A stretch of DNA of 20,000 bases. Origin: Phyllosticta citribraziliensis. Lineage: Eukaryota. The notes beneath the pieces are model-generated. The model made no database searches, was not told the origin of the DNA, and saw only the letters and a list, made by a program, of their open reading frames with translations. Numbering within the stretch: the stretch's first letter is position 1; every line of letters begins with the position of its first letter. Positions 1 to 10,286 of this stretch are shown piece after piece. The translations under genes and the position numbers were made by a program. The stretch covers positions 2,479,642 through 2,499,641 of the forward strand of contig NW_027117341.1 of assembly GCF_038025025.1 (NCBI RefSeq), written 5' to 3'.

Positions 1-303
1 CGTCGAGGCGCGCGTCATCCCTTGGAGCTGTGTGAAGATTGTTGCTGCGCTCGACGGGCGTGCTGGGCGCCCTTAGGCCGTCGTTGGTTTCGTCGAGGCG
101 TGCGTCGTCGTCCTCGTTGGATGCAGGGCTTGCAGCGCTCCTGAGCCATCTCGCAGAAAGCCGGACGGGATCCGCCGCACCCACAGCTCGACCACCGCCT
201 CAAAATTTCCACGCCTCTCCACGACGCCGCCCCCTGCCGCGCCTGCATCGGCAGCCCGTGTCCTGACCTCCTGACCGTCGGCGAGAAGTTGAACGGGAAG
301 CCG

Positions 304-329
304 AGAGACAAGGACAGAAGTGAAGAGGT

Positions 330-366
<37 letters not shown>

Positions 367-484
367 TTCGCAGCTTGACGTACCTGACCTTCAACATAAA
401 GTCAAGAGACAAGGACAGGAGTGAAGAGGCAAGTAGCAGTAGCAGCAGCAGCAGATTCGCAGCTTGACGTGTCCGACCTTCAAC
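304..484. repeat. Two-copy tandem duplication (304-395, 405-484) containing an AGC/CAG microsatellite
   Basis: AGAGACAAGGACAGRAGTGAAGAGGYAAG-(AGC)n-AGATTCGCAGCTTGACGT..GACCTTCAAC occurs twice. Copy 1 has (AGC)11 at 331-363; copy 2 has about 7 units, two of them AGT. Confidence 0.9.
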
Positions 485-1536
485 GTGTATGTGAGATGAA
501 AGGTGCTGGCGAAATAGGCGCGAATGTAAGGGAACGGGGAAGCGGCTGCGGTGCGCGACTCAACCCTAGATTCTCGAGGGGCAATGGGGGACGCCGGCAC
601 TCCACACTAGATGACTTGCCCCAAGCAGTAAAGTATTTGACAAAGTGGCAAGCAGAGTCGAAACACCTCACCAGAAGCCGTACTGCTCCAGCAGGCCCGC
701 CCGCTGTCTGATAGCCAGACGCCTCGCTCTTTGTGTCGTCCATCTTGTCCGGCGCAGCGCGCCCGCGGCAATGGCGTGAGCAGGAACTCGAGTGCCGCAC
801 ATGTAGCTGATAAGGAGCATGACGCAGAAGACTGGGTTGACTGTGTTGAGCGTTGGGATGATGTCGCGCGACGACCGGTTGTCAGGCGAGATGGTCCGAG
901 GTTGTGAGGACATCACACACAGCAGCCGTGTTGTGATCAACTCCGGCAGCGGTCTCATTTCCAAAATCCAGCCCCTCAGCACCACCGGCCTCGCCCCCCG
1001 TCCAGCCCGCCGACGTCCCTATCTACAGGCGCCCGGATGGCGCAGCGATGTGGAGTATGACAGCGAAGATGAGGACAGACAGCCATGAGCAAGGGATTGA
1101 GGTAGACGGCGAGTTTGGATGGAAATAGCGGGCCAGCTGAGCTTGTCAATGGCGCGCCGTGTACCAAAGTCGGCGGCCTCGAGGGCGCAAAAGCGCAATT
1201 TGTTGGCACCGAGACGGCGGCTTCGAGGGCTCACATCTTTGCCGCACTGGCGGTTGCAATGAGCAATGGCGCCGTTGTGAGACAACATGCTCCATGCTTG
1301 CCAGGTGTAAATTGTTCTGTTCTTGCGGGGTTGGCGTGACATCATAGCAAGGCTCTTGGGAGGACTGCGCGGTTGAAGACACTTTTCGACAGATGAAGGA
1401 TTGAGATGAGCGAGGATGCATAGATGGAGAGAAGAAGATGGAAAAACTGTGACTGCATGGATGGCGTTGGCGATTATCCGAATTCCATGGCCATTACGAT
1501 GTATCCGAGTAACTGAGACGAGGGATGAGAGGATAC

Positions 1537-2750
1537 CTAGACGGGACGCAGCGAGGTGGAACAGGGACAGACTGCAGGCTGATTGTGAGCGGAGACGAGA
1601 GAAAACGTACATTGCAATTGGAGATGATGGATTGCGAGTGGACGTGGTTCAAGCCAAGCCAAGCCGCCCTTCCCTTCGCTCCAGCACTTGGCCGCGACTA
1701 CAAACGGCGCCGCCGCCAGCCACCCTTTTCGACCTTGGGAACCAACTCTACGCACTTTGTCTCCCGCGTGTGATACAACGCGACTCTCGCCTCGCAGATT
1801 TTCCAAGGCAAAGGAGAAGAAGTCGATGAAGGCCTCGTACGCTTCCGCTGCAGAATACTCGGCCGCGATGGCTTGTGTCTGGTCGTTGATGCTGACAGAG
1901 GTTGTGGTGACGATGGTGGCTGCCAACCGGCGACGAAGGGTGTGGACCACAAGGCCGAGGTAGACAAGGAAGTGTATGCCATGGGAAAATCTTTTGCAGA
2001 CGGAAGAGGCTTTTTGACTGGGGAGGTTGCGGACGCTGTCACGGCGAGGATGTAAGCGCCGCCGTGGTGCGAACAGATTGTAGCGTTGTCGAGGCGAAGA
2101 TTGACATAGAATCTGTGACAGTGAGAGCGCATCTCAAGTCATGAACAAGCCAGCTAAACAGCACTCACGAAGATGACGGTCCAAAAAGTCGTAAATCGTG
2201 TCATAATTCTTGAGCATTTCCTTTCCTAGAGTCGTAAGTCACGGCGCTGAGCCGCGACACCACCATGAAGCGGCAAGCCACTCACATTATCCGAATAGAT
2301 ATGCCGCATCGGCTTGCGCTCTTGTTACGCTCTTTTCAATGCCAGCCGCCAGCCCCTGCAGCGGCGTCGGCACGGCGCCATTGGTGGGAGCGCCGGAGGC
2401 TCGATTGCCATCATGATGCGTACCGTGGCCAGCAATCAACAGCAGTGTCCAAATAGGTCTGCGCCCTGTACAGAACCACAATACGAGACCGCGCATCCCC
2501 CGCCTTAACCATCTTCGCCGCGCACCGAGCTTGCCTACGCCCTCTCGCGTGCCCTCGCCCGCGGCGGCGCTCGACCTCGATTGGTTGCCAAACTCGGCAG
2601 ACAGCTGTGCGAGTTCCTGGCTCGAATCATCTAGCGCGAGTCGAGAGTAGCATCAGCCGTCTGCTTCACTTTGTCAAAGTTGTCGTTTGCTCGGTCGACG
2701 AGGTCGTCCACGGGTACCGACCATGAGGACAACGGTGAGCGATCCGTCAC
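1537..2750 (-). pseudogene. Possible fragmented or spliced gene remnant, product unknown
   Basis: Protein-like stretches in different minus-strand frames (VPVDDLVDRANDNFDKVKQTADATLD; LALDDSSQELAQLSAEFGNQ; PLQGLAAGIEKSVTRAQADAAYLFG; DQTQAIAAEYSAAEAYEAFIDFFSFALENLRGE), but no continuous ORF and no recognised domain. Confidence 0.25.
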
Positions 2751-2851
2751 TATTTATTTCTTCGCGTTGGGTTCTTTCTGGTAGTGCTTCCCTGCTGCTT
2801 CTCGACAAGCGGAGCAGGGACAGCGGTGCAGCATGGAAAAGTTTGGGCTCA

Positions 2852-4546
2852 TCAAGCGTATCCCTTGCCCCACATGACGGGACTCCGTTCCTCCCGGCCC
2901 GCCATGAGCGGCTGATTCCCAACATTAAAGAAAATAGCGGCCAGTACCGCCGCGCGCGCCCACTCAAACTCGCAGCCGACGGGGTCGACGTCGCTGCTGT
3001 ACGCGCCGAGCGGGTGGCGCTCGAGCAGCTTGGCCGCTGCGGCTCGCATGGCCCCGAGCTCCTCGAGCACGTCCGTGTCGGCAAAGACCTGGACGCGCTC
3101 GTTCATCCAATGCCGCAGGTACTCGACTTGGTCCAGCGGGTTCAAAGGGAATGGAGATGGAGATGACTTGTTGACGGTGTCAAGATCAACGGCCATGTCG
3201 GCAATTACGCGCCGCGCCAGCTCCTCGCGCATGGCGACAAAGGCTGCGTACGTGGAGTCTTGGTCCGGCGTTGTGGTGCCGTCTTGTTGCGTCAGCGCTG
3301 CGACGGCCTTGCGCGCCGCGTGTCCCAAAGCAAGGAAGCGGGAGAGGTGCATCTCGTGGGTGTTGGGTTGGCGCTTGAGCGCCTTTTGCAGGAGAGCGAC
3401 CATGTCGAAGAAGATGGAGTTTGTCTTGGAGAACTGCAGCCTCCAGATCGAACTGATGGGCATTTCCGTGCTGGGAGCTCGTAGAGTCGGAAAGCTGAAG
3501 GTTACAATGTCTTCATAGCGCTGGCCTGTGCCCGTCGTGCTTGGACTTGCCGCCAGGCTCGAAGCAGCAGTGGCATCGCGCCTGGCCTCGTCCTGGCGAG
3601 CCAAGTCCAACATCTCTGCCGTGCCAATGGGCTCCGTTGCTTGTGTCGCCTTTTCCAGACGTGCCTTGGTTATTCGCTCCCAAGGCGGGACCGGGGATGC
3701 TGACGCCTTGCGCTTAGGTGGCGAGCAGACTGCCCACCCGAGCACCTCGTCGGGCGAAGCACCAACGGCAGTCTCGGGCGGCTGCAAGCCAAGGCCGACG
3801 CATGGTGCTTGAGTGTACTCGGGCGGCGGCTGCTCATCAACGTAAGGGTTCCAACAGCGTGCCTTTTCCGGGCCCAAGTCGTCGGTCGTGACGGGGTAGA
3901 GATCCCAGCGGTTGACGAGCAGCTCGTCATGTCCGCCTGAAACGTTGAGATCGAGGGCCGCGTCATGAAGACTGCCCCGATGTGCCGCCGCGACGACATC
4001 TTGCAGGACGCCGTCAAGTTTTTCACTCTTTGCAACGTACACATGGACCGTCTTGGTTGTGGTCAGCTTCCGCACGCACTCGATGAGGTACCCAGGCACA
4101 TCATCCAGGGGCCTTTGCACCCGTCTTCGACTCTGGGGCATGATGGTGTAGGGAAACTCGTTGAGTGACAAGGTAACGCGGATACAGTCAATAGAGAGGG
4201 CCGGATTGCTGTGCGCACGAGAGGCGGGTTGCGCGTTGACGGCGGCCTTGGTCACGGGCAGGACCAACAGGACGTCTTTCTTGGGCTTGGATGTCGACGA
4301 GCGAAGTTTGAGGTGTAGATTCAACAATACCAGTTTGCGCGAAACATTGTCCACGTCATGTCCGATCCAAAGAACAAAAGGTGTTTCTGAACCGAGACGG
4401 CCACCACTGCCATCCCCCAGGCGGCCGAGGTACTGCTCCATGCCCGTTTCTTCATCAAGCCATTGAACCACTGCCCATTCGCCTTGAACCTGCCACTCCA
4501 TCTTTGTGTCTAAACAGTGCTCGAGCGTTTTGTGTACACCGGCCAT
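2852..4546 (-). CDS. Hypothetical fungal protein, ~564 aa, single exon
   Basis: Longest ORF in the window. The track starts it at a TTG (4645); the first in-frame ATG is at 4546 (MAGVHKTLEH...). It has a globular-looking N-terminal part, a PPPEY motif, a basic PPKRK stretch, a low-complexity linker and a helical-looking C-terminus. No family recognised. Confidence 0.7.
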   Translation of the reverse strand: MAGVHKTLEHCLDTKMEWQVQGEWAVVQWLDEETGMEQYLGRLGDGSGGRLGSETPFVLWIGHDVDNVSRKLVLLNLHLKLRSSTSKPKKDVLLVLPVTKAAVNAQPASRAHSNPALSIDCIRVTLSLNEFPYTIMPQSRRRVQRPLDDVPGYLIECVRKLTTTKTVHVYVAKSEKLDGVLQDVVAAAHRGSLHDAALDLNVSGGHDELLVNRWDLYPVTTDDLGPEKARCWNPYVDEQPPPEYTQAPCVGLGLQPPETAVGASPDEVLGWAVCSPPKRKASASPVPPWERITKARLEKATQATEPIGTAEMLDLARQDEARRDATAASSLAASPSTTGTGQRYEDIVTFSFPTLRAPSTEMPISSIWRLQFSKTNSIFFDMVALLQKALKRQPNTHEMHLSRFLALGHAARKAVAALTQQDGTTTPDQDSTYAAFVAMREELARRVIADMAVDLDTVNKSSPSPFPLNPLDQVEYLRHWMNERVQVFADTDVLEELGAMRAAAAKLLERHPLGAYSSDVDPVGCEFEWARAAVLAAIFFNVGNQPLMAGREERSPVMWGKGYA

Positions 4547-4993
4547 GGTGGAGTTGCGGTCGGAAATCGAAGAAACGGGGTGTTGCGAACTGTGATCGAA
4601 GCTGTCGACGGTCAGAATGGCATACCGGATATGATGGACCGACAAACCTGATCCAGGACGGAATCGGGAGGCGGGGTTGCAGTAAATCGCGGCGTGGGGC
4701 CGGGCCCGCTGTCGACGCCGTCCACTCGGCGCTGTGCGCGCTGCGGTCGCGCTTACACGCGTCGCACGGGTAGGGCGTGAAGGAGCGGCGCTGCTGGGCT
4801 CGGTGAAGCAGAGCGAGATCGTTGATGGTGTGTGCTGCGTTTTGTTGCGTCTCTGGCGATGCTGGTTCGTGCTGGGGATCCCTAGATGCTCGAGTCAATA
4901 AGCACGGCCAACGAGCCACAGGGCGTCAAAAGACGCGACTTGCACCGGCAGTACTCGACTTCACCGGCTCGACTTCGTTTGCCGAGTGCAGGT

Positions 4994-5212
4994 GTCAACA
5001 AACGCGGCTAACGGGGCACACTTGGTCAAGTCGCAACGGGCGGCTTGCAAGGGCGCTGGCGTCAACACACGCCGCCAACAGGGCACTTTGGGCAGGTCTG
5101 CGATCCAAAGAGGGCGTCGTCAACACATATCGCGGCTAACGGGGCAACCTCTCAATCACATCCCAAGCGTCGACGACGGGGGGATGATGACGACGAGGCG
5201 CAAGCGTCAACA
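4994..5212. repeat. Short dispersed direct repeats GTCAACA-N(2-5)-CGCGGCTAACGGGGCA
   Basis: Copies at 4994-5018, 5061-5085 (degenerate) and 5119-5146, plus a GTCAACACAC half copy at 5206. Confidence 0.6.
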
Positions 5213-5838
5213 CACGTGCGCTGCGGGCTCGCTCGACGGGTCTTGCGCAGAACGAGTCTTGTCGGGGAGACAGGCCAGGCCGGGCTAGGCGAGGATGGAG
5301 AATATGGAAAAGAGCGAGATGGAGCGAAAAAATGATGACAACGGCGATGATGGTGATGGAGGTCAGATGGCCGTGTGTAGGGTGTAGAGTGGTAGAGACG
5401 GGGAAGAGAGCGGACGGGATAGGAGAGTAATAGAGTCGGGTACGTCTAAAGCCGAGGTAAGTTATATATAGCTAGTCTATAGTTAGTTAGTCCTAGGTAT
5501 AAAAATAATATATACTATTATTAGTAACTATATTATTATATTAATTTTCTCTATTTATATATTAATATAACTAATTCTACTTCTTTTAGATCTTCTAGTA
5601 TATCTAGTATCTATAAATATCTTAGAAGTCTTAGTATAGTTATTAATAAGAAATAATAGATATTAGAAGATAAATAATAAAATAAGATCTATTTTAAGAA
5701 ATAAGCTTAAATATAATATAAATAAATAAATAAATACTAAGTTTATTTTATTTTATTTTATTTTAAGAAAAGTTTAGATACTTATAAATAGACTAATAGA
5801 ATAATAATAAGTCTAGTAAAAGAAAAGAAGTCTAAAAT

Positions 5839-6522
5839 CTAGCTAAATACTACTAGACTAGCTACTTATTAAGTATCTTCTATTATAGTTTAGTCCTCTT
5901 TATAAGTATATAGTAGATAATAGAAGTTAGCTATAATATAAATTTCTAATCTAGTCTTCTTTTTAAATTTCTACTATAAAATACTAAGAACCTCTATATT
6001 TCTAGCTAAATACTACTAGGCTAGCTACTTATTAAGTACCTTCTATTATAGTTTAGCCCCCTTTATAAGTATATAGTAGATATTAAAGGGTAGCTATAAT
6101 ATAGACCTTTAATCTAGTCTATTTTTTTAAAAAATATTAAATTTTTAAAAATCTTCTTATTTTTAACTAAATACTATTAGACTAGCTACTTATTAAGTAT
6201 CTTTTACTATAGTTTAGCCCCCTCTATAAGTATATAGTAGAAAATAAAGAGTAGCTATAATATAGATCTTTAATCTAGTTTACTTATTAAAAAAATATTA
6301 AATTTCTAAAAACCTCTTTATTTCTAACTTAATACTACTAGATAGGCTACTTATTAAGTACCTCTTATTATAGTTTAGCCCCTTTTATAAGTATATAGTA
6401 AATAGTAAGAGGTAGTTATAGTATAAACCTCTAATCTAGTCTTTTTTTTAAGAAAATACTAAATTTCTAAAAATCTCTTTTTTTCTATTATAATACTACT
6501 AGAATAGCTACTTACTAAGTAT
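5839..6522. repeat. Subtelomeric tandem repeat array 1 (~161-163 bp unit, 4 full copies + 1 partial)
   Basis: Unit starting CTAGCTAAATACTACTAGACTAGCTACTTATTAAGTA recurs at 5839, 6002, 6163, 6324 and 6485. Confidence 0.92.
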
Positions 6523-6959
6523 ATACTTATATAATAAGGTCTATCTAACTAGTATATAGCTAGTATATAGATATATAGAGTCTATTTTTAAAGAAAACTC
6601 TATTCTATTCCTCTCTATTAAAAAGTAAAGAATCTACTATAGCTAGATTAAAGCTTAAGATATAACTATAATTTAAGCTTATATCTTATATTCTAGTTCT
6701 ATAGTATAGGTCTATAGCTTAAAATACTAAGATATTTTTATTTTTAAAAGTAGCCTCTCTTCTAGTCTTTTAAGTCTCCTACTAGATAAAAAGTAGAATA
6801 AGAAATTTAGATTTTAGTAAATCTATTAAATCTAGTCTAAATATATTTTTATCTAGTAGATATAAGCTAAAGTAATAGAGGAAAAAGTAGAAAGGAGAAA
6901 AAAAGTCTAGTATTTAATAAAATAATAGTAAGTTTATTAAAAGAAGAAAAGTCTAATTT

Positions 6960-7710
6960 CTAGTTAAATACTATTAAAATAGCTACTTATTAAGTACTTC
7001 TTATTATAGTTTAGCCCCTTCTATAAGTATATAGTAAGTAGTAGGGGGTAGCTATAGTATAGACCTCTAATCTAGTCTACTTTTTAAGTTTCTACTTAAA
7101 AATATTAATAACCTCTTTATTTTTAATTAAATACTACTAGATAGGCTACTTATTAAGTACTCTTTACTATAGTTTAGCTTCTTCTATAAGTATATAGTAG
7201 GTAGTAAAAAGTAGTTATAATATAGACCCTTAATCTAGCCTCTTTTTTAAGTTTCTATTTAGAAATACTAATAACCTCTCTATTTCTAACTAAATACTAC
7301 TAGATAGACTACTTATTAAGTACCCTTTATTATAGTTTAGCTCTTTCTATAAGTATATAGTAAATAGTAAGGGGTAGTTATAATATAGACTTCTAATCTA
7401 GCCTTTTTTTTAAATTTCTACTAAGAAAGAGATAGGAAAGAATTACTAGCTAAATATTATTAGACTAGCTACTTATTAAGTACCTTCTACTATAGTTTAG
7501 TACCTTCTATAAGTATATAGTAAATAGTAGAAGGTAGTTATAGTATAGATTTCTAATCTAGTCTACTTTTTAAAAAAATATTAAATTTCTAAGAACCTCC
7601 TTATTTCTAGCTAAATACTACTAGATAGGCTACTTATTAAGTACCTCTTACTATAGTTTAGCCCCCTCTATAAGGATATAGTAAGTAGTAGAAGGTAGCT
7701 ATAATATAAA
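6960..7710. repeat. Subtelomeric tandem repeat array 2 (same unit, 4 full copies + 1 truncated)
   Basis: Unit starts at 6960, 7123, 7286, 7446 and 7607. The last copy is cut at ~7710, directly before the degenerate telomere tract. Confidence 0.92.
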
Positions 7711-7711
7711 A

Positions 7712-7825
7712 TTAAAGTTAAAGTTAGAGTTAAGATTAGAATTAGGATTAAAGTTAAAGTTAAAGTTAGAATTAGAGTTAGAATTAAAGTTAAGATTAGA
7801 ATTAGAGTTAGAGTTAAGATTAAGG
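7712..7825 (+). repeat. Interstitial fossil telomere: 19 G->A-mutated TTAGGG units
   Basis: Strict 6-bp period TTARRR (TTAAAG, TTAGAG, TTAAGA, TTAGAA, TTAGGA, TTAAGG) over 114 bp, in the same orientation as the terminal telomere. Confidence 0.9.
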
Positions 7826-8112
7826 TTATAGTTAAGAAATAAATCTTAAAAGTAATTTATTAAGTAGGTAAAGAGATTAAGAGTTCTACTATTTATATAT
7901 AAATAGTTTTATCTTAAAGCTCTTTAAGAACTTAGTATAATAAAATCTCTTTATAAAGAGCTAGTTATAAAAAGTATTTTAATAACTAAGGTTATTATTA
8001 AGTAAAGACTTATATAACTTATTAATTAGTTTCTTATTTATAATAGATAAATAAGTAAAATATATTAAGTATTAAATTAGAAGTATTATCTCTACTTATA
8101 TAAAAAGAAAGA
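7826..8112 (-). repeat. Penelope 3' end / pseudo-LTR, internal copy
   Basis: Ungapped match to 19600-19886 (offset 11774), differing by transitions. Confidence 0.92.
7881..7933 (-). ncRNA. Type-I hammerhead ribozyme relic, internal copy (RIP-mutated)
   Basis: Minus strand reads AAGTTC-TTAAAGA-GCTTTAAGAT-AAAA-CTATTTATATATAAATAG-TA-GAACTC. This is the layout stem I / CUGANGA / stem II / GAAA / stem III / UA / stem I' after reverting transitions. Confidence 0.7.
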
Positions 8113-8130
8113 TAACTTAAAATTTATTTT

Positions 8131-8553
8131 TATTATAATAGATATATACGCGCCTATATAAGTACTAGAGCTAGTATAGATAAACCTAGTATTATATAGT
8201 TATAAGAAGTATAAGCCTTACCTTAAATAGTAGCCTACTATAGCTTAGGCTAAAACCTATAGGCTAGTACTAGCTACTATAGCCTAGTACTAGCTACTAT
8301 AGCCCTAGGTAGATACTATATAATAGCCTATTAATACCTTACCTTTATAACTTACCTAATAATAACTAAGGACCCTTATATAAAGGATAAGAAATAGAAT
8401 AGTATAAAGGAAGGACTAGAAAATATATAAGTAATAAGTATCTTTTATATTTTATTTTTTTAACTTATTAGATTTAATTAAGATATATATATATTTTCTA
8501 GTAGTTTACTTTTAGCCCTTATCTATATAATAAGAAATCTATAAGTTATAATA
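8131..8553 (+). repeat. 5' LTR (423 bp)
   Basis: Colinear with 15903-16325. Termini TATTATAAT...GTTATAATA/GTCGTAATA fit a RIPed TGTTACGAC...GTCGTAACA inverted repeat. Contains an internal 21-bp tandem duplication CTAGTACTAGCTACTATAGCC. Confidence 0.95.
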
Positions 8554-8565
8554 GATATAAAAGAT
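8554..8565 (+). promoter_or_regulatory. Primer-binding site of self-priming (Tf1/sushi) type
   Basis: GATATAAAAGAT lies immediately after the 5' LTR and is complementary to ATCTTTTATAT(T) inside the LTR at 8440-8451. No TGG tRNA-type PBS is present. Confidence 0.6.
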
Positions 8566-8799
8566 TATTTTAAGTTTTAGCTCTATTCTACTTCTTTATC
8601 TATAAAGGTATTATAATATTTAACCTAAATAATATTATATATAGCTATAGTCTTATATAAGACTACTTATTACTTTTCCCTAGTAAACCTAAGTTATCTT
8701 TATTAGGCGTATTAGTATTATCTAAGGACTAAGGAGTATTAAGTATATATTAACTATAAAAGTCTTTAGTTAAAGCTATAGAGTAATATATAAATATCT

Positions 8800-10286
8800 A
8801 AAAGGTATCCTATTTATAACCTACTTAAGAGATATTCTAAGTAGAAGACTATAAAGATAGTATAGCTAAGAATAAAGCTAATATATCTAGTACTACTAAA
8901 GGTATTAGTACTAGTTAATTAACTTAATAAGATTTATATAAAGGGACTAAAGATTTATATAATACTAGATACTTATTAAATAATAATAAAAGGGGACCTA
9001 CCCCTATTCTCCTATATAATTTCTACTTAGTCCTAGTAGTAGAGGTAAAAGAATATACCTAAGATCTAAAGTTAACTTATATAGTTTAAGCTCTAGTTAT
9101 AGAGGTATTTATAAAGGTACTATACTTAGATATTAATTAATTTAAATCTAAAATTATATCCTTAAATAAGTCTTAAGTATAGTAATAACTAAACTATATA
9201 TAAAGGTAGAACTAGGCTCTTAAGTAAATACTCTTAAACTATACTAATAGACTTAAAGAAGTTTTAAGGGAAGGATATATTAGGCCCTTTTTATTAGCTT
9301 AGTACTTAAGACCTATTACTCTTAAACCTCCTCCTAATTATATAAGAAAAACTACTACTAAAACCTCTATTTTATCTTTAAATAATAAGAAATACTATAA
9401 TAGTAAGGTTTCTAATCCTTTTCTTCTTACTAATAAAGAAGACCCCTTATATAAATACTAGACCCTCCTTATATAAAATAAAATTAAATAAAACTATAAT
9501 TACTTTACTAAAGATATAGTAGAGGAGACTAAATAAAATATTATAAGTTATATTATTTCCTATATTAGTAAAGAAGTCTTATATTACCTAACTCCTTTCC
9601 TTACTTCTTATATAAAGGCTAATAAAGTTACTTTAAATAAGGATATCTTTAAATTCCTAAATAACCTCTTTTAGAGTCTATATAAATATAAGGATATAAA
9701 GAAGTAATTATATTCTTTTATATACTATATCCTTATAGACCTTTAGAAGTTTTAATTAAACTTTATATAATTAGCCTTAGATATAGATCTTCTTTAAGAA
9801 TAGTAAAAAGAGGACTTTTATAATATAATAGATCCTCTCCTTTAAACCTATATAGTTACTATAGAGTAAGATAGGGATATTAACTTTTATAAGTATTTCT
9901 AATAAGCCTACCCTATTACTTAAAGTCTTAGTAACTACTATTCTAACTATAGAAAACTAATACTTATATTATATAAGGAATAAGTAAAGAAGAGATAATA
10001 AGAATAAGTAAAAATAACTATTTTAAATAGTATAAGTACTTTATCTTCTAGTTATATCTAGATATAATCTATATCTAGGGCTCCCTTATATAATATAACC
10101 TATAAAGGTAAAGTAGAAGTCTATATAGAGATTAGACTATATAATTACTATAGCTAGTTTAGCTATTTATAGAGATAATACCTATAACTAGAGATAAAGA
10201 TAATAGAGTTAGTTAAAGAAGAAAGTACTAAAGATATCTATATAAATAAAGAAGATTAGTCTTTATTAGAAAATAATAAGACCTAG
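8800..10286 (+). pseudogene. gag: Gypsy gag (RIPed; start and stop approximate)
   Basis: One frame carries a capsid-like PDPxxLxxxxDPxYExWxxxMxxKxxxNxDHF segment from 9411 and a CX2CX4HX4C knuckle at 10140-10181 (de-RIP C-NY-C-GQFG-H-LQRQ-C). It ends near SENDKT*. Confidence 0.75.

Noticed and set aside
15..1612. Many short overlapping ORFs (60-197 aa) in the track, including poly-Cys and poly-Ala ones
   Set aside because: Expected by chance in GC-rich DNA. The poly-Cys/Ala runs are just the CAG microsatellite, and no recognisable domain or coherent exon chain was found. 819-1088 could be a terminal exon but is unsupported.
2674..4919. ORFs overlapping or antisense to the long 2852-4546 ORF
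   Set aside because: Shadow ORFs of a GC-rich coding region.
5700..5765. Imperfect AT-only inverted repeat (AAAT)n...(TTTTA)n
   Set aside because: Low-complexity sequence in RIPed DNA, where such pairing is expected by chance.
5839..7710. CRISPR-like array
   Set aside because: Eukaryotic telomeric context; the units are whole-length tandem repeats without unique spacers, and there are no cas genes.
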